Source: a virus (lineage: Duplodnaviria > Caudoviricetes). From it: a stretch of 64,000 bases of DNA. The notes under the pieces were generated by a model. The model was given only the letters and a program-made list of their open reading frames with translations, was not told where the DNA came from and ran no database searches. Every line of letters begins with the position of its first letter. The stretch's first letter is position 1. The stretch covers positions 1-64,000 of IMG/VR virus record IMGVR_UViG_3300006115_000009; one strand, written 5' to 3'. The translations under genes were made by a program, and so were the position numbers. Below, piece by piece: positions 18,601 through 27,670 of this stretch.

Positions 18601-20147
18601 TATTCGGTTCCAGACGGTGGAGTTGGTGCCTTAAGGGGCGTTTCTGCCTGACTCGTCTTGCCACCGGACTTTTGCTTGTTAGCCTTGTCCTTGGCGGTTC
18701 GAGTTGTTGTCTTTGTAACGTTTGGCTGCGGATTTACCGTTGGCGCCACGGGGGCGTTCTTGGTAACAGCAGAACCTTCGCTGTCGGTTCCCATTCCCAT
18801 TGCGGCGCCTTGGCTCTGAACAACGGCAAGGTTGGCCTTAGAAAGAGCACCCAAGTCAGCCCACAGAACCATGTTCTGACGGTCAATAAGAACAGCGTCG
18901 TCGCCACCCTCAACAGGGGGCTCACCAATGTCTGCGCGGGCCTTGTTAAGAGTCCACGAACCATTGCGGATTCGCTGGTCACGAATTGTTTCGATAACTT
19001 CGTCGTCACGCCAGTCGACAACACCAAACTTAAGAATCCAGTCGGTAATGCCGTATGCCTGGTACATCAAAGCAAACGAGAACTTCTCAAGAACGAGTTC
19101 TTGGATGGGACCAACGGTGTTAACGCGGAAGGTTTTGTCTTGCGACGTACCAGTTCCACCACCGATGTTACCTGACTCAACAACGCCCACCTTTGACGGA
19201 GGCACACCGTAGCCGGAAAGAATTTCGTCACGACGCTGCTGAAGAGTGTTCAACCAATTAGTAATTTGGTTGGTGCCCATTTCCTGGACCATTGCGCCAC
19301 CCTTGGTCTCAAACAAGTTACCAATGTTGCGCGCACCCAGGTTGCGAATAGCGTATTGTTGCTGGAGACGCTTCATTTCCGATTCGGGAAGAGCGAGAGG
19401 CCAGTCAACGTGAGCGCGCATGGGGTCACCGCGCTTCATCGTTTCCTTAATCAAGGCAGCAGTAAAGAGCCAAGACGTAATAGGAAGAATGTTCTTTTGC
19501 GTAGGAGACACACCGTACAGAGTGTCACCAGGCGAGTCAAACTTAACGTGGATAACCTCGTTAGGCTTAAAGTGAGCAATGCGGTTAGTGGGCGTCTTTT
19601 GGACGTACCCTTTAATAACACCGTGCTCGTCGGAAAGAACGGTCATCGTTGTGGGGTCAAGCGGGTAGAGCGCAACAGGCTCACCCATAACCCAAACAAC
19701 TTCAGTGAAAGAGTCGCCGAAAATAAGAAGGTCGGTAATAACCGCACGCATCAATTGGCGAATGTCGTCGTGAGGATTCACGTACTTTAGAAGAGCCTGA
19801 ACCTTTTTAACAGCGTCGGGAGCCTCTGGAGTCTTCTTAGCGCCAGTAACACCGCCGTCGTAAATCACCTCGAGACCACCAGCAGTGGCGGTACGAGCGA
19901 TTGTGTCAATTGAGGCAGAAGCCCACGTGCAAGCCAAGTAAGCCTGCAAGAGTTGCTGCATAAACGTTGGGCGGTCAAGAGTACCGGCCGTGACGTTTTG
20001 CCCCGGATTTACTTCAGTGGTTCCGCCGATGGGAACGCCAGTAGCGTAACCAGCACGCTTGGGGCTGCTCTTTGGACGTGCTTCGGCAATTGCCTCATAC
20101 GCGGAGAACGTCTCTTCTATTCCCTTTTTAAAAGATGAAAAAGCCAT
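18600..20147 (-). CDS. Portal protein (HK97-like)
   Basis: 'DLLIFGDSFTEV', 'LYPLDP', 'LYGVSP', 'ILSGYGVPPSKVG', 'WTLNKARADIGEPPVEGGD'. Confidence 0.93.
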   Translation of the reverse strand: MAFSSFKKGIEETFSAYEAIAEARPKSSPKRAGYATGVPIGGTTEVNPGQNVTAGTLDRPTFMQQLLQAYLACTWASASIDTIARTATAGGLEVIYDGGVTGAKKTPEAPDAVKKVQALLKYVNPHDDIRQLMRAVITDLLIFGDSFTEVVWVMGEPVALYPLDPTTMTVLSDEHGVIKGYVQKTPTNRIAHFKPNEVIHVKFDSPGDTLYGVSPTQKNILPITSWLFTAALIKETMKRGDPMRAHVDWPLALPESEMKRLQQQYAIRNLGARNIGNLFETKGGAMVQEMGTNQITNWLNTLQQRRDEILSGYGVPPSKVGVVESGNIGGGTGTSQDKTFRVNTVGPIQELVLEKFSFALMYQAYGITDWILKFGVVDWRDDEVIETIRDQRIRNGSWTLNKARADIGEPPVEGGDDAVLIDRQNMVLWADLGALSKANLAVVQSQGAAMGMGTDSEGSAVTKNAPVAPTVNPQPNVTKTTTRTAKDKANKQKSGGKTSQAETPLKAPTPPSGTE

Positions 20148-20150
20148 CGG

Positions 20151-21683
20151 TTATCTTTCGTAAAAGGGACTCAGCCCAAGGTCTCCTACAAATTTACTGC
20201 CAAAATTGGGCATTGGCAAGGATTCGGCTACTTCCTCTCGCCCCATTACCATTGTGTCCGGAAGGCCAGTAGCAAAAACGGGAGACGATTCATAAATGAC
20301 AGGTCGAGCGTAATTGCCGGCGTACATACAAACATAACGAAGGGCGTCTGCAAGGTGGTCATCCACGTTGCGCGTCTCAGCGTCGTCAGGTTTTGAGGCG
20401 CTTCGGGGCAAAGCCGGAATCTGCTCAATAAACTGCGGGCACTTCTCTTCAAAAACGTGAAGCATTGGGCATTTCTCAAGACCCATTTGCTTGTGATATT
20501 CACAAGCGGGGCCGTCGTTGAGATACTGATGAACAATAGACCAGCCAATAATGCGGTCGTTGTCTGCCTTAATAATACCGCAACCATTCTGGCCATAAAT
20601 GTCAGCGATGGAAAGCGGTGTACCGCGATTACCCCACATAGAGGGGTCTGCAACGCGAATTACATCTTTTTCGCCGTGTGAGCGTTCTGTCTCCACAATA
20701 ATCTTGGCTTGGTCGTCGTTTTGGACGCCAGACACACAGATTTCGCGGTAAACCCAAATACGCCCGTCGTTGTCGACGGCAATCCAAACAACAGCGTAAG
20801 GGTCCCGGTAGCCCCAGTCAATCCCCGCATATCGCTGCCATTCTGGCGGCAAATCGAAGGCGGGAACAACGTGCTTAGAGAACTGCCATTGTTCAAAGAA
20901 TTGACCGACCATTGCATCCCAGTCACCGTCACGCATAGCAGCGCGGCGGCGGGGGTCTGGAATCGCATTAAGAACCGCTTCGTAATTTTCGTTAACGTGC
21001 GGGTTGTCGGTAACTTTAGCGGGAATGAACGCAACGGTTCGAGTCCACTTAGTGTCGTTAATCTGTTCGGTATAAAGTTGCTTGCCGCGCTTCGTCGGGT
21101 TGATGAAGCGGTCCTTAAGGTACTTGTGGCCCACGCCACCAGGGTTGGTAGCAAGGCGCAAGCCGATTACAGGAACAAGTTTATTACCGGAACGAAGACG
21201 CTCTTCAATGTGCTGGATAACTGCCGGCAACATCTGTGAGGCTTCGTCAATGTAGAAAGCCTGGTACTCACCACCGAGGATTCGGGATGCGTCAACAAGG
21301 TTTTCTGCGTAGGTGAAGTTGATGATTGAGTTGTTAGCGAACTTCAAGACCTTGTTGGTCGAGTTCCACTTTGCGCCCAAATCACGGCCGTAATTCCACT
21401 TAGCCAACTGTGAAAGAAAGGATTCTTCCAACTCGGGGTAAGAACGACGGAAACAGCCAATTCGCATTCCCGGATAGTTAGCAGCGTTGTATAACGCGTC
21501 CATCAAGAATGCAGCGGTTTTACCACCACCAGCAGCACCACCATACAAAATGGCGTCAATGCGCTCGGCAGAGGCTTCGTGAAATGCTACCTGCCTTGGA
21601 GTTGGTTCATAGCCAAGAATGCCAAAAACATCTACCTTCGGCGGTTGAACCGAATCGGATATGAACTTGCCAAAACTGGACAT
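20151..21683 (-). CDS. terL: Terminase large subunit
   Basis: Walker A GGAAGGGKT, Walker B 'FYIDEA', 'LATNPGG', nuclease 'GIDWG' and 'DDHLADALRY'. Confidence 0.96.
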   Translation of the reverse strand: MSSFGKFISDSVQPPKVDVFGILGYEPTPRQVAFHEASAERIDAILYGGAAGGGKTAAFLMDALYNAANYPGMRIGCFRRSYPELEESFLSQLAKWNYGRDLGAKWNSTNKVLKFANNSIINFTYAENLVDASRILGGEYQAFYIDEASQMLPAVIQHIEERLRSGNKLVPVIGLRLATNPGGVGHKYLKDRFINPTKRGKQLYTEQINDTKWTRTVAFIPAKVTDNPHVNENYEAVLNAIPDPRRRAAMRDGDWDAMVGQFFEQWQFSKHVVPAFDLPPEWQRYAGIDWGYRDPYAVVWIAVDNDGRIWVYREICVSGVQNDDQAKIIVETERSHGEKDVIRVADPSMWGNRGTPLSIADIYGQNGCGIIKADNDRIIGWSIVHQYLNDGPACEYHKQMGLEKCPMLHVFEEKCPQFIEQIPALPRSASKPDDAETRNVDDHLADALRYVCMYAGNYARPVIYESSPVFATGLPDTMVMGREEVAESLPMPNFGSKFVGDLGLSPFYER

Positions 21684-21964
21684 TACTTAAACCAAAGTAC
21701 AAAAGACCAAGCGACACCAAAAATAGTTGCTACGCCAACAGAAACCGCGCACATGCTACGGAGAAAGGCGTTTGATTCAATTGCGCGAATAATGGATGCT
21801 TCACGCTGTAGGGCAAGTCGGCTTGCGGCGTCGTGAAGTGCCATTAACTTTTCGTAGCGTTCGTTTCCCAAGGCTTCTCGCGCCTCAATTTCTTCGGTAC
21901 CAACAATGTTGCTCAATCCAGCAACGAGTTGTTCAAAGTTGTCGTTTTCATTTTCGCTGGGCAT
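21683..21964 (-). CDS. Hypothetical protein with C-terminal transmembrane helix
   Basis: 93 aa, hydrophobic C-terminus; coupled to terL. Confidence 0.6.
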   Translation of the reverse strand: MPSENENDNFEQLVAGLSNIVGTEEIEAREALGNERYEKLMALHDAASRLALQREASIIRAIESNAFLRSMCAVSVGVATIFGVAWSFVLWFK

Positions 21965-21973
21965 AAATGCTCC

Positions 21974-22174
21974 TTAAAAGAGGAAGTTATCAACGTCATC
22001 GTTAGACATGAGACGCCTTATAAACTCGTCGTGCGCTTCCCATTGTAAATCAACGGGTAGTTTCCTCATCAGCGAAATCTGCCATTTTTCAAAACCTAGA
22101 GTCGTTAACTCTTCGGTCGTTGGCATACAATTGCACACCTCTGGGGGTACACAATGATGGCGACTATTACTCAT
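21974..22174 (-). CDS. Hypothetical protein
   Basis: 66 aa in co-oriented run. Confidence 0.55.
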   Translation of the reverse strand: MSNSRHHCVPPEVCNCMPTTEELTTLGFEKWQISLMRKLPVDLQWEAHDEFIRRLMSNDDVDNFLF

Positions 22175-22199
22175 AAGGATACGCGCACTTTCTATAAAG

Positions 22200-22790
22200 T
22201 CAAGTATTTGACCTCTGGTGGCGCGCTGGCGGCTGCTCGGTGACGAGCGGGATGCCTTCGGAAGAGACTAAAGCGCGCTTATAAGCCTTCCAGCGAAAGC
22301 GGTCTGGCGCTCCATTGTCAATCCAATCCTTGTAGCAATCGATGCACATCGCTGTTTTAACAGCAGGAAGAATTACGCAGATTTCGCAAGGTTCACTGTC
22401 CGTGATTTTCTTCTTGCGCTCAACCACCTCGTCCATCGCATTGATGATTTCGTGGATTTGGCGGAGGTTTTCTTCGGAGTCGATAATCTTGCGCTCAATG
22501 CGCTTTACTGATTCTCGAACAGGGTCGTAAAGAGTTCCGCCCTTTTGCTCCCTCGCGATAACGGCGCGCTCCACAGACGAGGAGTCTGCTCGGCTGCCGG
22601 AGCGGGAAACGGCAAAACTTGAACCACCCGAAATGTGGGTTATTTCAATTTGGTCTCGACGGACCAATTCTTCTAGGATTTCAGCGCGGAGTCGGTTAGC
22701 AAATTTGTTTATGTTTTCTAAACTTTCCAGCATTCGCTTCAAACGTTGTTGCGAACGGCGGTTTAATTTGCTGGGCACCCAAGCCTCCAA
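22200..22790 (-). CDS. Hypothetical coiled-coil protein with CxxC-CxxC zinc finger
   Basis: 'CEIC...CIDC'. Confidence 0.65.
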   Translation of the reverse strand: MEAWVPSKLNRRSQQRLKRMLESLENINKFANRLRAEILEELVRRDQIEITHISGGSSFAVSRSGSRADSSSVERAVIAREQKGGTLYDPVRESVKRIERKIIDSEENLRQIHEIINAMDEVVERKKKITDSEPCEICVILPAVKTAMCIDCYKDWIDNGAPDRFRWKAYKRALVSSEGIPLVTEQPPARHQRSNT

Positions 22791-22854
22791 AAATCAAAGG
22801 GGCGCCGACATGGCGCCCACCTTGAATCTAGATTTGCACAGGGCTAAGGTAAAG

Positions 22855-23178
22855 TCAAGGATTTGTTGACTTCAGCAACTTCACGAATGACTCGAGAGAC
22901 ATGGTGACGTAAGCCTTGCTAACGTTTTTGCGAGCGCGCTTGTGTACAACTGCCCACAACTTTTTTGCCTTAGAGCCGGCGACTTCTGCTTGGTCGCACC
23001 ATTCGGAAAGCGCCATTGCCTTGTGATTCTTTGCTTCCAAGACAATTGGCAGGTTCTTAATATCGCCAAGGTCCATCTGCGCGCTTCCGTAACGCTCTGC
23101 GTCGGGAAAACCGTTGTCGTTAAGGTAGCGAACTACCTCGGTTTCGAAACTGGTTCCTTTTTGGCGGGCCTTGGACAC
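22855..23178 (-). CDS. Holliday junction resolvase (PD-(D/E)xK, Hjc-like)
   Basis: 'KGTSFETEVVRYL', 'DLGDI', 'LEAKNHK' match actinophage resolvases. Confidence 0.85.
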   Translation of the reverse strand: MSKARQKGTSFETEVVRYLNDNGFPDAERYGSAQMDLGDIKNLPIVLEAKNHKAMALSEWCDQAEVAGSKAKKLWAVVHKRARKNVSKAYVTMSLESFVKLLKSTNP

Positions 23179-23181
23179 TTG

Positions 23182-23433
23182 CTACTGCTTCAGTTCTTCA
23201 ATGAATTTGGCAACGCCGTGCCACAGAAGATTAAAAGGCCACGCGGCGGATGTAAGAAAAGCGCTTTGGAGATAGGAGCCCTGGTCGAAAGTAAGCGGCT
23301 CTTCGCCTTCTTCAAGCGCCTCGTTTAAACGCTCTGTCAAAATCTTTGCCCTGCGAATTAGTTGCGCGTAACGCAAAAATAAAGCAACACAACAAAATGC
23401 GTAAACGGCCAGCACGGCCAAGATGGTTGTCAT
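23182..23433 (-). CDS. Small membrane protein
   Basis: Hydrophobic N-terminus, 83 aa. Confidence 0.55.
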   Translation of the reverse strand: MTTILAVLAVYAFCCVALFLRYAQLIRRAKILTERLNEALEEGEEPLTFDQGSYLQSAFLTSAAWPFNLLWHGVAKFIEELKQ

Positions 23434-23630
23434 TCTTTCACCTTTGATAACTCTTTTTTGTATGCTGCGGCAGTAGCCCAGGCAAGGTTGAGTCTAGCAC
23501 ACAGCCACTCAACGTCGCAACTAATTTGGTCGAGCAGGTCGGTGATGATTGGATTGACGCCTTCCAACCCATAAATGATATGGGAGCGCTCGATGATGGC
23601 GATTACTCGCTCTTCCTCAAGGTGCGTCAT
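23430..23630 (-). CDS. Hypothetical protein
   Basis: 66 aa, ATGA overlap with next gene. Confidence 0.55.
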   Translation of the reverse strand: MTHLEEERVIAIIERSHIIYGLEGVNPIITDLLDQISCDVEWLCARLNLAWATAAAYKKELSKVKE

Positions 23631-23798
23631 GTGTCCACCCGTCGAATTCCAACGAGATTGGACGGTCGCAAATAATGCAGAAGTCGCTCAATTCGCCCGT
23701 GCGAAAAGTTGGCGCAGCCTCGTGCGGCTCACCGTTGACTTCTGTGAAGATACCCATAAAACAAGCGTACACCTGCCCCCGCCAAAATCAACGATTAC

Positions 23799-23827
23799 TT
23801 GACACCGCGCAAAAAAATGTGTAGTCT
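23799..23827 (+). promoter_or_regulatory. sigmaA-type promoter
   Basis: TTGACA-N17-TAGTCT upstream of AGGAG RBS and ORF 23864. Confidence 0.75.
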
Positions 23828-23863
23828 CTTGAGGCGGAAACTCCGCACCCTATAGGAGTAACA

Positions 23864-24115
23864 ATGACTAATACGTCAGCAATTTTGGCCATCGCTGCGT
23901 CTTGGCTGGGTACCGCCGGTGGCGGCGTCACCCTGTTTATCAAGACAGTGAAGAAGTACGAGGCAGAGGCAATTAAATACCTCAACGAGATTGACAACTT
24001 GGTTAACGAGGTTCAGGCTTTGACCGACCAAGTTACAAAGGCAATCCCCGCCCCTGCGCCCGCTCCCGCTAAGGCAGTGGCAAAGAAGGCTCCCGCTAAG
24101 CGCAACCTGCGCTAA
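23864..24115 (+). CDS. Membrane-anchored coiled-coil protein with Pro/Ala/Lys tail
   Basis: Good RBS; N-terminal hydrophobic helix; C-terminus PAPAPAPAKAVAKKAPAKR. Confidence 0.75.
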   Translation: MTNTSAILAIAASWLGTAGGGVTLFIKTVKKYEAEAIKYLNEIDNLVNEVQALTDQVTKAIPAPAPAPAKAVAKKAPAKRNLR

Positions 24116-24145
24116 ATAGCGGTGCTGCCGTAAGTGGCAGCATGT

Positions 24146-24220
24146 TCCGGGGTAGTTCAGTGGCAGAACAACCGACTGTTAATCGGTATGTCGCAGGTTC
24201 GACCCCTGCCCCCGGAGCCA
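24146..24220 (+). tRNA. tRNA-Asn(GUU)
   Basis: TCCGGGG/CCCCGGA acceptor stem, anticodon arm CCGAC-TGTTAA-TCGG, GGTTCGA T-loop, encoded CCA. Confidence 0.93.
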
Positions 24221-24223
24221 CTG

Positions 24224-24298
24224 TGAGGGATGGTGTAATTGGCAACACAGGAGGTTTTGGTCCTCTCGTTCTGGGTTCGAGTCCTAGTCCCTCAGCCA
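24224..24298 (+). tRNA. tRNA-Gln(UUG)
   Basis: TGAGGGA/TCCCTCA acceptor stem, loop TTTTGGT, GGTTCGAG, encoded CCA. Confidence 0.92.
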
Positions 24299-24846
24299 TG
24301 GAAAACATTGTCATTGGAATAGCGGGTTTTGCGGGGGCCGGCAAGGACACCCTTGCCATCCAAATGGTAGAAAGGCTTGGCTTTAAGCGTCTAGCCTTTG
24401 CGGACCCAATGCGTGAGTCTCTTTACGCAACTAACCCCATCGTCCACGCCGACACCATGAATAAATTTTTTCGCCTTCAGCAAATTGTTGACGCTATCGG
24501 TTGGGACGCTGCTAAGCGCGAATACAAAGAGATTCGTCGTTTGCTGCAAACTTTTGGCACCGAAGGCGGCCGAAACGTGCTGGGCAAGAACATTTGGATT
24601 GACACGCTTAGCAACAAGTACGAGGGCGGAAAATTAGTGGTGCCAGACGTTCGTTTTGTTGACGAAGCACAACGCATCAAAGACATGGGTGGTTTCGTTC
24701 TTCGCATTGTTCGCGATGGCTACGAACCAGTAAATTCTCACGTTTCCGAAACCGCCTACGAAGGCTACGACTACCTTTTGAGCAATAACGAAAGCCCTGA
24801 AAAACTTTTTGAAAGTTTTTGCGAAATCTACTTGACACTGACCTAG
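24298..24846 (+). CDS. Deoxynucleoside monophosphate kinase
   Basis: 'IGIAGFAGAGKDTLA', 'FADPMR', 'RRLLQTFGTEGGR', 'VVPDVRFVDEA' (T4 gp1-like). Confidence 0.9.
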   Translation: MENIVIGIAGFAGAGKDTLAIQMVERLGFKRLAFADPMRESLYATNPIVHADTMNKFFRLQQIVDAIGWDAAKREYKEIRRLLQTFGTEGGRNVLGKNIWIDTLSNKYEGGKLVVPDVRFVDEAQRIKDMGGFVLRIVRDGYEPVNSHVSETAYEGYDYLLSNNESPEKLFESFCEIYLTLT

Positions 24847-24861
24847 CAACGAGGTTATCTT
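24832..24861 (+). promoter_or_regulatory. sigmaA-type promoter for whiB
   Basis: TTGACA-N18-TATCTT a few bases before the whiB ATG (probably leaderless or short leader). Confidence 0.6.
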
Positions 24862-24868
24862 CTTCCGC

Positions 24869-25294
24869 ATGGATAAATTCAACTGGATGGAAGAAGCGAC
24901 ATGCCGCGGTATGGACGTAAATATTTTTATGCCGGACGACGAGGGAAAGATTTCGTTGCCCAAGTTGCGTGCGGCGCAGAAAATATGCGCAGAGTGTCCA
25001 GTGAAGCAAGAGTGCCTACAATACGCAATCGACCTTGATATTACAGTTGGCATTTATGGCGGGATAAGTAACAAGGCTCGGCGTGAATACAAGAGCGGCA
25101 AGAAAAAAGCCACCTACAACAAGCCAGTCCGCAAGAAATCTTACGAAGAACTAAAGCATGGCACCATGAACGCTTACAGCCGTCACGGTTGCCGTTGTGA
25201 ACCCTGCAAGGAAGTTGCGCGTATTCACTGGCAGGAAATGGGAAAGAAAAACCGTCAAGCAGCACAGGCAAAAGCAAAGGAGTCAGCAGCATGA
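24869..25294 (+). CDS. whiB: WhiB-family Fe-S transcription factor with C-terminal HGT..CRC..C extension
   Basis: 'WMEEATCRG', 'ICAECPVKQECLQYA', 'GIYGG'. Confidence 0.9.
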   Translation: MDKFNWMEEATCRGMDVNIFMPDDEGKISLPKLRAAQKICAECPVKQECLQYAIDLDITVGIYGGISNKARREYKSGKKKATYNKPVRKKSYEELKHGTMNAYSRHGCRCEPCKEVARIHWQEMGKKNRQAAQAKAKESAA

Positions 25295-25482
25295 TTGATT
25301 TTTGGGCGGCGGTTATGCGGGGTCACCAACTCCACATTGAATACGCCAAGAGACTTCCTCGCAAGAAAAAGAAGTTCATCAAGAGCATCTTTAAAATTGC
25401 GGGGGACCTAGCAGGAGACTTCGCAATAGTCTCCATGGAATTTGACCGACAAGTAAGTATCCAGACGAGGGGTGACCGATGA
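25291..25482 (+). CDS. Hypothetical protein
   Basis: 63 aa, ATGA overlap. Confidence 0.55.
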   Translation: MIDFWAAVMRGHQLHIEYAKRLPRKKKKFIKSIFKIAGDLAGDFAIVSMEFDRQVSIQTRGDR

Positions 25483-25558
25483 ATATCCAAGTAGCACACG
25501 TTTTGCTTGCTTTTGCTGCCGGCTATTGGTTGCGCGCATTTATTACTCGGGGTCACTA

Positions 25559-25654
25559 ATGGAAGAAAAGTGCGACTGTCGCGAGGTTTTACGCGATTGG
25601 CCCGGTTGGGAATACAAGTACGACTACTGCCCTGAGTGCGGAGAGAAATTATGA
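25559..25654 (+). CDS. 31-aa zinc-finger peptide (YCPECGEKL module)
   Basis: MEEKCDCREVLRDWPGWEYKYDYCPECGEKL; coupled by TAATG and ATGA overlaps. Confidence 0.6.
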   Translation: MEEKCDCREVLRDWPGWEYKYDYCPECGEKL

Positions 25655-25944
25655 GTCAATTTACATTTAATGAATTAGAAATGATTTCGGAGGCCCTTTA
25701 TGCCAAGTGGGAACGGCTTAAGGAAACCGAACATCAAGTCTATTCCAACGCTATTCGTGGTCTAATGAATAGAATTACCAAAAAAAAGGATGCCCTTTGG
25801 GATGCGGAGCCTTCAAAAATAGAGCCCTCAACCCCCCTGAACTGCGAACACTTGACCGAGGGCTACGTTTTTATAAACCCGTTCAAAGAGGTCTACGGAA
25901 CTATTGACTTCACCTACTGCCCGACCTGCGGAGAGAAACTATGA
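25651..25944 (+). CDS. Zinc-finger protein ending YCPTCGEKL
   Basis: Start at ATGA overlap 25651. Confidence 0.7.
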   Translation: MSQFTFNELEMISEALYAKWERLKETEHQVYSNAIRGLMNRITKKKDALWDAEPSKIEPSTPLNCEHLTEGYVFINPFKEVYGTIDFTYCPTCGEKL

Positions 25945-26078
25945 GCCCCGAAGAACTAAAGCCTAACGACCTCAAAGTTAAAGTTGAGTGCGACCACGCC
26001 ATTGCCATTGCCCTTCACGGAACCGACCCAGTTGGTATCAACTTCAACTACTGCCCCAAGTGCGGAGATAGCCTATGA
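25941..26078 (+). CDS. 45-aa zinc-finger peptide ending YCPKCGDSL
   Basis: Not in ORF track; MSPEELKPNDLKVKVECDH...; ATGA overlaps on both sides. Confidence 0.65.
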   Translation: MSPEELKPNDLKVKVECDHAIAIALHGTDPVGINFNYCPKCGDSL

Positions 26079-26359
26079 CCCCCGACGAACGCCAAGCCCT
26101 ACGAGAGAAGCACGGCAGATTTAAGTTTCGCGATAACCGAACCTTTTGTGTTTTTTGCCTAGATGATTACGGATTGGACAAGCCCCACCCTTGCGACGTA
26201 ATCAAGGTACTGGACGCTACCGAAGAACTAAAGCCTAACGACCTAAAAACTAAAGTTGAGTGCGACCACGTTACCGGTTCGTGGATACCAACGGGTGCAG
26301 AGGACGATGAAATGTGGCTTGAGTTCACCTACTGCCCTAAGTGCGGAGAGAAACTATGA
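26075..26359 (+). CDS. Chimeric two-module zinc-finger protein
   Basis: ERQALREKH..CxxC..PCDVIKVLD module fused to EELKPNDLK..CDH..YCPKCGEKL module. Confidence 0.75.
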   Translation: MTPDERQALREKHGRFKFRDNRTFCVFCLDDYGLDKPHPCDVIKVLDATEELKPNDLKTKVECDHVTGSWIPTGAEDDEMWLEFTYCPKCGEKL

Positions 26360-26634
26360 GTGAACGTTCGGCCACAGAAAACGCTAGTGAACGTTTGGCC
26401 ACTTTGACCTCTTTCAAAAATTGCCAAAACAGTAACAAAGCCATTACGGAATTGACAACTTCTAAAGACTTTCTAGAGGGAATGCGTAAAAAGCATGTGC
26501 CCATCTTTCAAAACCGAGGCAAAAAGGGCAACATCAACTACTGCGTAGGTTGCAAGGGCCCAAATGATACGTTAATTCAAAATTGGCCTTGCGATGTTGT
26601 GCGGGTGCTTATTTACTTGGAGAAACAGGAATGA
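26356..26634 (+). CDS. Zinc-finger protein (KKH..CxxC..PCD module)
   Basis: 'MRKKH...YCVGC...WPCDVVRVL'. Confidence 0.65.
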   Translation: MSERSATENASERLATLTSFKNCQNSNKAITELTTSKDFLEGMRKKHVPIFQNRGKKGNINYCVGCKGPNDTLIQNWPCDVVRVLIYLEKQE

Positions 26635-26900
26635 TTGAAAGAATGGCTATTGCGGCACAAAACCGCGCAGAGGAACTCCTGCTAGAACTCATCTCCGAAC
26701 GACTACTCAAGCACAAGCCACCATCAAAGGAAGAAGTCGAAGCCGACGACAAGCGCATGACTGCTCTTGGCTACCCACCCAGTGAAATCGAACTGGCGCA
26801 CCGCAAAGGGTACGACATGGGATGGTGGGAATGCTACGAAGTGCTCAGCAACCTCATCACCGCACACAACGATGAGAACGACTACCGTAGGCAACGGTAA
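26631..26900 (+). CDS. Hypothetical protein
   Basis: ATGA overlap, 89 aa. Confidence 0.6.
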   Translation: MIERMAIAAQNRAEELLLELISERLLKHKPPSKEEVEADDKRMTALGYPPSEIELAHRKGYDMGWWECYEVLSNLITAHNDENDYRRQR

Positions 26901-27181
26901 ATAACGAACAAGCGTCTACAGATAACGCTATGTGTACACAGTTAGAAACAGGTGAAATGTAATGTTAGAACAAGGAAACTACTCATACCTCAACCCAGCC
27001 GAGGACTTTTCACTGAACTGTCAAGCCTGCGGATTTACCGAGGAAGAAGAACAAGCCATCGTCAAGTTCTTTGCGTACATACGCCAAGCCGAGGAACTGA
27101 AGCGAGCGAGCGAAAGGCTATTCAGCGAATGACCCTCGACACTCGTGACACATACATCACAACCAACAGAAAGGACGCATT

Positions 27182-27412
27182 GTGACAAATCTGTCACCCG
27201 AAGAACGCCAAAAATTGCGAGAAAAGCACGCCAAATGCTCTTGTGGACATTGCACCTCTAACGAGTGCTCCGCCGGTTGTGTTGGCGATTACCCCTGCGA
27301 CGCACTTCGCGTACTTGACGTACTTGAAAAAACAGAAAAGAAACTGACTCACTACAGGCGCCAAAGAACCCTGCTTAGAGATTTAGTGACCGAGATGCTG
27401 GAGAAGCAATGA
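27182..27412 (+). CDS. Zinc-finger protein (ERQKLREKH..PCD module)
   Basis: GAAAGGA RBS; paralogous to 26075 N-terminus. Confidence 0.7.
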   Translation: MTNLSPEERQKLREKHAKCSCGHCTSNECSAGCVGDYPCDALRVLDVLEKTEKKLTHYRRQRTLLRDLVTEMLEKQ

Positions 27413-27669
27413 ACTCTGCCGAACGCCAAGCCCTACGAGAGAAGCACCGTCAGTACGGCTCCTACTGCTTTACCTGCGGATACTGGAACGAAGAGGTGGG
27501 CGATTACGACTCAGCCTCCTACCCCTGCGACGTAATCAAGGTACTGGACGTTTGGGAGGCAAATAGCAAGAAAGCCCTTGACGCTCTCGACCACATCAAC
27601 ACAATGCGAGTAGATGAAGACGACTTCGAGTGGATAGAGACTGCTGAAAACATTCTAAACGGAGAGTAA
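27409..27669 (+). CDS. Zinc-finger protein (ERQALREKH..PCD module)
   Basis: Shares near-identical DNA blocks with 26075. Confidence 0.7.
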   Translation: MNSAERQALREKHRQYGSYCFTCGYWNEEVGDYDSASYPCDVIKVLDVWEANSKKALDALDHINTMRVDEDDFEWIETAENILNGE

Positions 27670-27670
27670 G

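Noticed and set aside
25559-27669. Diversity-generating retroelement
   Set aside because: No reverse transcriptase seen, and repeat differences are not adenine-specific.
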